Source: Actinomycetota bacterium
Lineage (GTDB): Bacteria > Actinomycetota > Actinomycetes > S36-B12
DNA length: 64,000 nucleotides
Assembly: GCA_017856385.1 (NCBI GenBank)
Contig: JAFMFD010000008.1
Span: 506-64,505, forward strand
Direction: 5' to 3'
Positions 28,011-36,140 of this stretch are shown in pieces. The notes below the pieces were generated by a model. It did no database searches, was not told the origin of the DNA, and saw nothing but the letters and a program-made list of their open reading frames with translations. The stretch's first letter is position 1. The number at the start of each line of letters is the position of its first letter. The position numbers and the translations under genes are program-made.

Positions 28011-28436
28011 ATGAAGCGCACCACGGCATTCGTCCTCGCCGGCACCCTCGCCCTCGGCGGCCTCGTGCTCGCCGCCTGCAGTTCCAGCGACTCCGCGTCG
28101 GAGCCCGCCGCATCGGAGGGCATGGTGGGCGACAACCCCGGCACGTGGGCTCCGCTGGAGATCACGCAGTCGGCCAACGGCACCACCGTCGACATGGTGG
28201 TCGACCAGGCTGCGATCTTCCCGGACTTCCCGATGGACGGAGCCGTCCTGGAGTCCAGCGACCCGGCCGTGGTCGAGGTCTCGCAGCCGACCACCGAGGG
28301 CGACGCCCAGATGGGGGCGGGCATGCGTGCCGTGGCCCCGGGCACGGCGACCATCACGGTGCTCTACCCCGACCAGCCGGCGGATCAGGGCGGCGCGTCG
28401 AACGTCGTGATGCAGTTCGAGGTCAACGTCTCCTGA
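28011..28436 (+). CDS. lipoprotein
   Basis: ATG 28011 after GAAGGAG. Lipobox LVLAAC. Confidence 0.7.
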   Translation: MKRTTAFVLAGTLALGGLVLAACSSSDSASEPAASEGMVGDNPGTWAPLEITQSANGTTVDMVVDQAAIFPDFPMDGAVLESSDPAVVEVSQPTTEGDAQMGAGMRAVAPGTATITVLYPDQPADQGGASNVVMQFEVNVS

Positions 28437-28469
28437 CGGCTGGTCCCCGACCCGGCGCGCTCGCGCCGG

Positions 28470-29471
28470 TCAGTCGGGGATGAGCGGGCAGGGCAGCGAG
28501 CCGTACATCGCGGCCAGGCCCTCGAGATCGCCGGCACTGAGCTGGCCGGCGCCGTTGCCGATGCTCTGCGGGTACATGATCGAGGTGAAGTCCTCGACGT
28601 GGCCGAAGCCGAGCGCGTGCATGGTCTCGTGGGTCACCAGCGTCTGGCGGCCGTTGATCGTGAGCGTGTAGACGTACTGGTCGTCCTGCCAGCGCTTGGT
28701 CTTGGGCTGGTCACCGGCCCAGTAGTCGTTGGTCCACTCGTTGGTCGGGCTGAACGCCACCCACCCCTGGCTCGGGCCGGTGAACCCGCCCACGGCGGCC
28801 GCCTCGTCCGCGTACCCGAGGGTGGACAGGTCGCGCCACGAGTACTTCAGGTCGGCGGTCGCGGGATTGTCCGTCTCGACGAACCGGAGGTTGGTCAGCG
28901 CGGACAGCTCCGCGAGCGAGGCGATGATGTCGGTGCGGATCGTCGAACGGTCGGCCGGCTGGCCGGTGGAGTCGAGGTGCCACTCGACGGTCTGGCACGG
29001 GGTGTAGGTGGCCTGGCGGCCCAGTGGGCGCCATGACGTGAACTGCTGGCCCGCCGCAGGGCGCCACGGCTCGGGCTTCGGCGCGATGGTGACCTGCTGG
29101 ACCACGCGGTCGCGGCCGGCGATCGCGGTGATCGTGTAGGTGCCGGGTGAGCGGTACGTGTGCGTGAACGTGCGTGAGCACGATGCGGGCGTCCGCGCCG
29201 CCCTGGCGACGCTGCAGGAGCCCGCCTGCCGCACGACCGCCGTGCCGTCGCCGAAGCTGACGCGGGCGCGTGTGCGGGAGTCCAGGCCGGTGACGGTGAC
29301 CGCGTACGTCGGGTCGCGGTCGACACGCACCAGGGGCTCGCCGGTCAGTGCGATCTCGACGGCAGCCCCCGGCCGCGCGGGCGCCGCGCCTGCCGGCCCA
29401 GCGCTCACGACCACACTGCCGCCCAGCAGGGCGGAGCCCACCAGCAGGCACAACAGGCGGGAGCGCGTCAC
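28470..29471 (-). CDS. secreted matrixin-like (metzincin) zinc protease with N-terminal beta-rich domain
   Basis: GTG 29471 gives a signal peptide (LLCLLVGSALLGGSVVVSAGPAGA). HETMHALGFGH plus Met-turn SIMYP. Confidence 0.8.
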   Translation of the reverse strand: MTRSRLLCLLVGSALLGGSVVVSAGPAGAAPARPGAAVEIALTGEPLVRVDRDPTYAVTVTGLDSRTRARVSFGDGTAVVRQAGSCSVARAARTPASCSRTFTHTYRSPGTYTITAIAGRDRVVQQVTIAPKPEPWRPAAGQQFTSWRPLGRQATYTPCQTVEWHLDSTGQPADRSTIRTDIIASLAELSALTNLRFVETDNPATADLKYSWRDLSTLGYADEAAAVGGFTGPSQGWVAFSPTNEWTNDYWAGDQPKTKRWQDDQYVYTLTINGRQTLVTHETMHALGFGHVEDFTSIMYPQSIGNGAGQLSAGDLEGLAAMYGSLPCPLIPD

Positions 29472-29533
29472 CCTGCCACTATGACACGGACGAGCGACAC
29501 TCCGAGGGCCCCGAGGTGCGCGATGGGGCCACG

Positions 29534-31543
29534 TCAGGGGATCGGGACCGCCGAGCTGAACCCGAACTGCACCGCTGATCCGTCCGCCCACGGCTGGTTG
29601 GTCGGCTTGCGGCGCTTGAGGTTCCGCTGGACGTTGAGCTCCTTCAGCAGGATCTCGAACTGCGGGCCCACGGCCGGGTTGCCGTAGAGGTTGGTGAGCT
29701 CCATCGGATCGCGGCTCGTGCAGTACAGCTCCCACTCGTCCGGCGGCGGGGCGATCTCGCCGTCGGACGGGTCCTGGGTCTTGACCGTGGTCACCGCGAC
29801 CTTCGTGCCCGGCTGGTTGACGATGCCGGCGATGATCGTCTGCACGTCCTCGACGTTCGGGGTCGTCCAGAAGTCCGGATTGTCGAAGTAGTGGACGAGC
29901 TTCCACATCTCCTGCTGGCCACCGGGGCCCGAGCCAAGCGCCATGAACACGGCCTCGAGGCTCGACGGCGCCTGCACGGGCGTGTACTCCAGGCCGGCCC
30001 AGGAAACCGCGTTGGCGCCCTTGAAGATCAGGTCGTCGGACATGTAGTAGACCGACTCGCCCCGGAACGTGGACGCATCGTCCTCGCCGAGGATGTAGCC
30101 CGACAGGTCACGGCCGTCGAGCGGCTGGACCTCCGTGTGCGTCTTGCGCAGCTCCTGCCGCAGGATCGCCTCGTCAAGCCCGGCGAGGCCCAGCATCGTC
30201 GGCAGCAGGTCGGCGTGGCTGGTCACCACGTCGGACTGCTCTGCCCGGTTGAACAGCACTGGACTGTGCACGATGAAGGGCACGCGCACGGTCTCGTCGT
30301 ACGCCTGGTTCCACTTCTGGAACAGGCCGCCGTGCGAACCGAGCTGCTCGCCATGGTCGGACAGGAAGATCACGATGGTGTCGCGGTACTGCGTCTTGTT
30401 GCCGGTTAGCGTCCTGATCACCTTGGAGAGCTGGTCGTCGACGTTCTTCTGGAGCTGGTAGTAGAACCGCTCGTAGCGATCGGTGTCGCGCAGCGGCTGG
30501 AAGCCCTTGGGGTACTGCTCCCGGAAACTCGCCTGACACGTCGGCTTGGTGGAGAGGTCCTCGTTCTTGGACATGGCGTACTCGGGCGAGAAGAGGTTCT
30601 GCGGCACGTCCGAGCCGAGCAGTTGCTGCGCGAGGTAGAAGTCGCCGCCGGCCAGGGTCAGGTCGCCCCAGAGCGTGATGTCATGCGGATTGACGAAAGA
30701 GTTCACGAGCAGCCACGGCTTGCTGGAGCTGCGCAGCTGCGTGAGCGTCTCGATGCCCCACTGGGCGAAGACCTCATCGCGACCGCGCCCGCCCGCAGCC
30801 GAGGAGCCGGAGTTCAGCGGGTTGCTGCCGTGCGGCTCCGGGCCGATCCAGCCCGTGAAGCCGTACTGCTCGAGCATCCCCGCCTCGACGTACAGCGACT
30901 CCAGGTAGGGATCGCGCACGCCGTTGGCGTTGTAGCTCGGCACCGGGTTGTAGCTGCCGGGCTGGTAGATGTCTCCGTCGGAGATGTGCCACTTGCCCTT
31001 CCAGTAGGTGTCGTACCCGGCGGCGCGGAAGTAGTTGCCGAGAGTCGGCACCGTGCCCGGCTGCAGCCAGTAGAGGTCCTCCTCGATCGCGCTCTTGGCG
31101 GACCCGGAGGTCTGCGACACCCCGTGCAGGGTCGGGTACTGGCCGGTGTAGATCGAGGCGCGGCTGGGCTGGCAGGCCGCCGACATGATGTGGTGGTTGG
31201 TGAACTCGAGGGCATTGCTGCGCAGCCAGTTCTGCGCGTTGAGGTTGCGCGAGCGCCACATTTGCGTCTCGGCGCTCTCGTACGCCGGCGCATGGCGCAT
31301 CTCGTCGACCATGAGGATCAGGAAGTTGGGACGCCGACGCAGGCGACCACGCGGCCGGAACGGCTGCATGGGCGTGGCCTCGGCCGTGCCGGACGTGGCA
31401 CCCAGGGTGGCGGCGGCGACACCGGCCGCACCCATCGCCTGCAGGAGCCGGCGACGACTGAGCTGGGAGGCCCGATGACCGCTCAGGGCCGGGTCGATGC
31501 CGGCGTAGTCGTTCGTGGCGTCATCCATGGCGCTTCCTTTCAC
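29534..31543 (-). CDS. Tat-exported sulfatase (Cys-type, formylglycine dependent)
   Basis: Twin-arginine signal SRRRLLQAMGAAGVAAATLG. Sulfatase signature SAACQPSRASIYTG. GNHDxx-type metal motifs. Confidence 0.85.
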   Translation of the reverse strand: MKGSAMDDATNDYAGIDPALSGHRASQLSRRRLLQAMGAAGVAAATLGATSGTAEATPMQPFRPRGRLRRRPNFLILMVDEMRHAPAYESAETQMWRSRNLNAQNWLRSNALEFTNHHIMSAACQPSRASIYTGQYPTLHGVSQTSGSAKSAIEEDLYWLQPGTVPTLGNYFRAAGYDTYWKGKWHISDGDIYQPGSYNPVPSYNANGVRDPYLESLYVEAGMLEQYGFTGWIGPEPHGSNPLNSGSSAAGGRGRDEVFAQWGIETLTQLRSSSKPWLLVNSFVNPHDITLWGDLTLAGGDFYLAQQLLGSDVPQNLFSPEYAMSKNEDLSTKPTCQASFREQYPKGFQPLRDTDRYERFYYQLQKNVDDQLSKVIRTLTGNKTQYRDTIVIFLSDHGEQLGSHGGLFQKWNQAYDETVRVPFIVHSPVLFNRAEQSDVVTSHADLLPTMLGLAGLDEAILRQELRKTHTEVQPLDGRDLSGYILGEDDASTFRGESVYYMSDDLIFKGANAVSWAGLEYTPVQAPSSLEAVFMALGSGPGGQQEMWKLVHYFDNPDFWTTPNVEDVQTIIAGIVNQPGTKVAVTTVKTQDPSDGEIAPPPDEWELYCTSRDPMELTNLYGNPAVGPQFEILLKELNVQRNLKRRKPTNQPWADGSAVQFGFSSAVPIP

Positions 31544-31571
31544 TGGTGGAGATGGTCCGGGTGAGCGCTCC

Positions 31572-32612
31572 TCAGCGCGAGAGGCTGATCGTGCCGATCG
31601 TGGTGTCGTAGGTGACCGTGAAGTCGTAGTAGATGCGGTTGCCGGTGTTCACGAGTGGTGCGGTCTTCGGCGTAGCCACGGTCAGGTTCCATGACGGCGT
31701 CGTGCCCGTGACCACGGTCCACACGCTGAATGCGCTGCCGCCTGCGCTCATGTGGATGGGGATGCCGGACTTCACGACGCCGTCCGAGTCGGCGGGCAGG
31801 CCCGCGAACGCCGGCCCGTTGAGCGTGAGCTGGTCGGCTACCGAGTCGAACCAGGTGGGGATGCACGTCGTGCGCCCCTCCGCGATGGTCCAGCAGGCAT
31901 TCGCCTGGGTGTCGTTCCACAGCAGGCTGCCGTAGCCGTCCGGACCCTGCGGGGGTGCCTGGATCGTGGTCACGGCGTTCGCGGGCGGCTGGGCGCCGAG
32001 CACCAGCGACCCTCCACCGGGGATGCCCTTGGCGGGCTGGCCGCCGAAGTGGATGCTCCAGCGCTGGCCCGTGTTCGCGGGCAGGGCCAGCAGGGGGTTG
32101 GGCAGCGGCTTGCTGGCCATGCCGACGCCGAGAATGCCCCAGACCCCCTTGTCCTTCCATCCCTCCACCCAGGCGCTGCTGTTGGACGTCACCTGGAACG
32201 GCAGGCTGCGGGTCGTGGTGACGCCGCCGATGGTGATCGGCGCCTTGCCGATGAAGCCCTTGAGGGTGCCGCCGTCGTTGGGCGTGCTGATCGGCGTCTT
32301 CGTGACGACCGCGCCCGTACGGAACCGGTCGAGGGCCCCAGAGAACAGGCGCAGGCCGACGGAGCCGGTGTCGAGGATCACCCGCATGGGTGCCGAGCGG
32401 CCCACCTGGATCAGCACGATTCCGCTCTGGCCGAAGTCCTGCGGCGAGGGCGTCGTGTAGAGGGGCACGCGGACGGACACGGCCTCGACGGTGCCCGTCG
32501 TGGTGTCCTCGGCCCAGGCCGGTGAGGCGGCGGCCCCCAGGCACAGGCCAGCCAGGGCGAGGGCTGCGACGGCGAGCCGTGGGCTCGTCGGGCGTCGATG
32601 GAACCGCGTCAC
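31572..32612 (-). CDS. secreted pepsin-like (A1-fold) protein
   Basis: Signal peptide. VILDTGSVGLRLF, GILGVG, WFDSVADQLTL and a C-terminal NRIYYDFTVTYDTTIGTISL. Start overlaps the kinase stop. Confidence 0.7.
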   Translation of the reverse strand: MTRFHRRPTSPRLAVAALALAGLCLGAAASPAWAEDTTTGTVEAVSVRVPLYTTPSPQDFGQSGIVLIQVGRSAPMRVILDTGSVGLRLFSGALDRFRTGAVVTKTPISTPNDGGTLKGFIGKAPITIGGVTTTRSLPFQVTSNSSAWVEGWKDKGVWGILGVGMASKPLPNPLLALPANTGQRWSIHFGGQPAKGIPGGGSLVLGAQPPANAVTTIQAPPQGPDGYGSLLWNDTQANACWTIAEGRTTCIPTWFDSVADQLTLNGPAFAGLPADSDGVVKSGIPIHMSAGGSAFSVWTVVTGTTPSWNLTVATPKTAPLVNTGNRIYYDFTVTYDTTIGTISLSR

Positions 32613-33817
32613 GGGATCCTCCTGGGGGCATCGGCCGGTGCTGGCACGCTAGGAGCGCCGTGGACGCTGCAGCCGGCAACGTCACATCTGTGACCTGGCA
32701 GTGCTGCGCTGACGCGGGCTCCGCCCTCGGGGCGGTCGCCCCACGACCACGATCCGCCGAGCGCCTGGGTCCAGGCGCTGACGAGCGCTGCCCCCGAGCC
32801 ATCGGAGCGCGGCCCCTCGCGGAATCCCCGGCCGTTGTCGTCGACCTCCACGACGACGTCCGCGTCGGCCGTCGGTGCGCCCGGGGCCTGCCCGGGCGCG
32901 GTGGATCCGACCCTGACCTCGCACATGCGTGCACGACCATGGATGGCCGCGTTCAGCAGGGCCTGCTCGACGATGCGGTAGATCCCCAGTCGCGTGCGCT
33001 CGTCGACGAACCCGGGTGCATCGATCAGCGGCTCGACGGTCACGAGGGTCACCATCCCCGGCTCGAACTGGCTGGCCAGCTCCGAGAGCGAGCTGGCCAG
33101 GCCGACCTCGGAGAGGGTCGGGCTCAGGGCTCGCGCCGCCCGGCGGACGTCGACCTTGCGCAGCTCCTCGAGACGGGCGATGACCGTGTCGATGGCGGCC
33201 CGGTCGGCCGGGTCGATGTCCTGCAGCTGCAGGCATGCGGCGATGAGGCCGGCCTGCACGCGGTCGTGCAGGGCGTCCGCGACCTGACGGCGGGCGTGCT
33301 CGTCGGCCTCGAGCATGCGGTCCTGCTGCTCGCGCGCGAGGGAGAGCGCCGCCTCCGTCTTCGCCACCTGGTCCTGCAGTCGCGCGGTGGCCACCCCGAT
33401 GATCGAGTTGATGGCGACCAGCGGCAGCCACAGGCGCACGACGGACAGCAGGGTGGACAGGGGGGAGGCGAAGTTCACGTCCGCAAGATCGGCGGTGTAC
33501 GTGCGGACGACCACGCCCGCGGTCGCAGCGACGAGGAAGGCGATCAGGTAGGCGGGCAGGCCCATCGCCCAGCGGTCCTGGATGCGGCGCATCACCAGCA
33601 GGAACGCCCACACGGTGATCGCCGAGGTCACCACCGAGGCCATCTGCGGCACGAATCCGACCGTCGCGACGGTGGAGCGTTCGAGGATGGCGGTGGCCAG
33701 CGCGGTGAACGTGAAGAACGTCGCCGCAAGGATCGCGACCAGCGCCGGCCGGGCGGGCCAGGGGCCCAGGTAGCGCCACCACGGGTGCAGCGTGAACGAG
33801 TCCGCGCGCGTCGTCAC
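32609..33817 (-). CDS. sensor histidine kinase (HisKA_3 / NarL-partner type), membrane-embedded sensor
   Basis: About 5 TM helices. H-box RRQVADALHDRVQAGL. HATPase N and G boxes (IVEQALLNAAIHG, DDNGRGF). Confidence 0.85.
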   Translation of the reverse strand: MTTRADSFTLHPWWRYLGPWPARPALVAILAATFFTFTALATAILERSTVATVGFVPQMASVVTSAITVWAFLLVMRRIQDRWAMGLPAYLIAFLVAATAGVVVRTYTADLADVNFASPLSTLLSVVRLWLPLVAINSIIGVATARLQDQVAKTEAALSLAREQQDRMLEADEHARRQVADALHDRVQAGLIAACLQLQDIDPADRAAIDTVIARLEELRKVDVRRAARALSPTLSEVGLASSLSELASQFEPGMVTLVTVEPLIDAPGFVDERTRLGIYRIVEQALLNAAIHGRARMCEVRVGSTAPGQAPGAPTADADVVVEVDDNGRGFREGPRSDGSGAALVSAWTQALGGSWSWGDRPEGGARVSAALPGHRCDVAGCSVHGAPSVPAPADAPRRIP

Positions 33818-34497
33818 GACTCGGTCCAGGTCTCCTGGCGCACGAGGCGAAGGTAGGCCACGACGGCCCGTGTCCGCCGGTCCTCCCCCTCGCCCACCTC
33901 GGGGATGAGCACGCGATAGGCGCGGGACAGTTCCTGGCGGACCCCCTCGTGGGTCGTGCCGAGGCGTCGGGCGATCTCCGGTGCGGCGAGGCCGTCCGCG
34001 GCGAGCGCCATCACGGCCCGCTGGCGGTCGGTGAGGTCGCCCAGCGACGGGACGGGCCGCGCGCTGGTGATGTCTCGGCCGGTGCTCATCCCCGCGGCGG
34101 TCGAGCGCAGCACGGCGACGACGTCGGCGATCCGCATGTCACCGGTCTTGGGCAGGTAGGACCACCCCATGTCGTCGCCTGTGGGCAGGAGAGGGAGCAC
34201 GTGGCCGACCTCGTGCTGGGAGTGGATGACGATGCCGATGTTTGGGTTGCGCTCGCGCAGGGCGATGCCGAGGTCGATGCCGTTGATGCTGTCGGGACCG
34301 AGGCCGAGGTCGAGCAGTGCGACATCCGCATCGTCGATGCCCTCGCACCTCAGCGCATCGGCCGCGGTGGTGCACGCGCACACCACCTCAACGCCCTCCT
34401 GCCGATCGAGCATGCCGCGCAGGATCCCGAGGAGCGCGGGGTCGTTCTCGACGTAGATGACCCGGGTCGCCCGCACGATGCCAGCCTGCACCATGGG
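33814..34497 (-). CDS. LuxR/NarL-family response regulator
   Basis: REC domain (VENDP, ALLDLGLG) plus LuxR HTH (LTDRQRAVMALAADGLAAPEIARRLG). Stop overlaps the kinase start. Confidence 0.85.
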   Translation of the reverse strand, partial: PMVQAGIVRATRVIYVENDPALLGILRGMLDRQEGVEVVCACTTAADALRCEGIDDADVALLDLGLGPDSINGIDLGIALRERNPNIGIVIHSQHEVGHVLPLLPTGDDMGWSYLPKTGDMRIADVVAVLRSTAAGMSTGRDITSARPVPSLGDLTDRQRAVMALAADGLAAPEIARRLGTTHEGVRQELSRAYRVLIPEVGEGEDRRTRAVVAYLRLVRQETWTES

Positions 34498-34542
34498 GTG
34501 CGGGCCGTGCGGGGCCCTCACGATTGTGACGGCGCCGGAACC

Positions 34543-35103
34543 TCAGCCGCGGGCGGTGAGGTCCAGGGTGTCGATGTCCTCGCCGAGGTCCTCGAACTGG
34601 CCCATCAGTGTCGTGTAGTCCGAGAGTGCACTGAAGCGGTCGGCGAGGCTCATGTGCGGCTCGAGCAGGGTGCGCGCCTGCGCGAACGACCGGTCGGCGG
34701 CCATCTGGGCGCGCGCCCATGCCGCCTGGGCGCGGCTGTGCGCAGCGGAGACCCGGGTCGACGAGGCCCCGCGGTTCAGGGCCGCGGCCAGCCGGTCGAC
34801 CTCGGTGGCCACGGCAGCGAGCGACCGATCGGCCTCCGCGGCCATCGCCGTCAGCGTGCGCCGGTCGCCGGCGGGCAGGCTCGGCCCGAACGTGCGCTCG
34901 TAGGCGTCGAGGGTGCGCGTGACGGAGGCCTGCAGGGCTCGGGCATCACGGGCGAGGTCGTCGGCCTCGGAGCGGGCGTTCTGGGCCGCTGGCACGCTCA
35001 TCGAGGTGCCGGGAGCCGCCTGCGCGGCCCCGGTGGCGAGAGAGGCGACGAGGGCCGTCGCCAGCCCTGCGACGACCATGCCCCACCGGAACCTGCGCTT
35101 CAT
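34543..35103 (-). CDS. secreted alpha-helical hypothetical protein
   Basis: Signal peptide MKRRFRWGMVVAGLATALVASLATGAAQA. Ala/Arg-rich helical sequence. Confidence 0.65.
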   Translation of the reverse strand: MKRRFRWGMVVAGLATALVASLATGAAQAAPGTSMSVPAAQNARSEADDLARDARALQASVTRTLDAYERTFGPSLPAGDRRTLTAMAAEADRSLAAVATEVDRLAAALNRGASSTRVSAAHSRAQAAWARAQMAADRSFAQARTLLEPHMSLADRFSALSDYTTLMGQFEDLGEDIDTLDLTARG

Positions 35104-35213
35104 CAGCTCCCCGACCCGTCGTCCGCCCCCGACTGCCCCGCCAGTGTATGTCGACGGCCCGGCGACCTCGGTTTCCGACGTCCGGTGTCAGGGGCCGTCG
35201 ATACATTCGCCCA

Positions 35214-35249
35214 ATGCTGGTGCAGGTCGACATGCTGGTGCAGGTGGAC
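35214..35249 (+). repeat. 18-bp tandem duplication at the nuclease gene start
   Basis: ATGCTGGTGCAGGTCGAC / ATGCTGGTGCAGGTGGAC (MLVQVD twice). Confidence 0.9.
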
Positions 35250-36140
35250 GACGCCGCCTCCGGCGTGCTGCCCGAGGTCTGGTCCCCCTCCTCGCTGAAC
35301 TCCTTCCTCGGCTGCCCCCTGGCCTACTGGTGGCGCTATGCGCAGGGCTGGCGTGGCGTCCCCACGGCGGCGATGGAGGCCGGCACCCTCGTGCACGACG
35401 TCCTCGAGCGCCTGCTCGAACTGGAGCCCGACGAGCGGACGCGTGAGCGGGCACGCGACCTGTACGCCGAGGAGGCGGCCGCCCTGGCCGACCGGCTCGA
35501 TCCGCGCATCGACCGCGATGACCTGCGCGCCCGCGCCGGAGCGGCACTCGCCAACTACTTCGATCAGGAGCAGCCCGAGCTCGTCGACGTCGTGCCCGAG
35601 GGCCTCGAGCGGAAGGTCTCGGCGACCCTGGACGGCGTGCCCATCGCCGGGCTCGTCGACCGCCTGGAGTTCGCGACCGCCGGTGCCCGGGTGCTCGACT
35701 ACAAGACCGGCGGGGCCAAGCCGCGGTACGCCGGCGACTACTGGCGGCAGGTGCTGCTGTATGCGCGGATGCTCGGCGAGCAGGGCACCGACGTCGCCGA
35801 GGTAGCCCTGATGTACCTCGGCTCGCCCGCGCGCACCCTCGTCCGGCCCACGCCGCCCCAGGCGCTCGACCGGGTGCAGGGCGACCTCGTGCGGGCGCAG
35901 GGAGAGCGCCTGCAGGCTCATGACGCGTCCGTGTGGCCGGCCCGACCGGGTCCGCTGTGCCAGTACTGCCCGTACCGCTCCGCCTGCCCGGCCGTCGACG
36001 AGCGGGCGCGGCCGACCCCGGGCACCGAGCCCAGCCACCGCCTTCTCGAGGCCAGCCCGGACGTCATGCGGAGGGTCGCGTCGACGCCGGTCGACGACGA
36101 GGACGTGCCGCTTGCCGACCTCGACGAGGGTGCGCCATGA
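35214..36140 (+). CDS. PD-(D/E)XK nuclease with Cas4/AddB-type 4-Cys cluster
   Basis: GCPLAYW plus CQYCPYRSAC. GTLVHDVLE, VDRLEF, VLDYKTG, QVLLYARM. Start ATG 35214 or 35232 within ORF 35148..36140. Confidence 0.8.
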   Translation: MLVQVDMLVQVDDAASGVLPEVWSPSSLNSFLGCPLAYWWRYAQGWRGVPTAAMEAGTLVHDVLERLLELEPDERTRERARDLYAEEAAALADRLDPRIDRDDLRARAGAALANYFDQEQPELVDVVPEGLERKVSATLDGVPIAGLVDRLEFATAGARVLDYKTGGAKPRYAGDYWRQVLLYARMLGEQGTDVAEVALMYLGSPARTLVRPTPPQALDRVQGDLVRAQGERLQAHDASVWPARPGPLCQYCPYRSACPAVDERARPTPGTEPSHRLLEASPDVMRRVASTPVDDEDVPLADLDEGAP

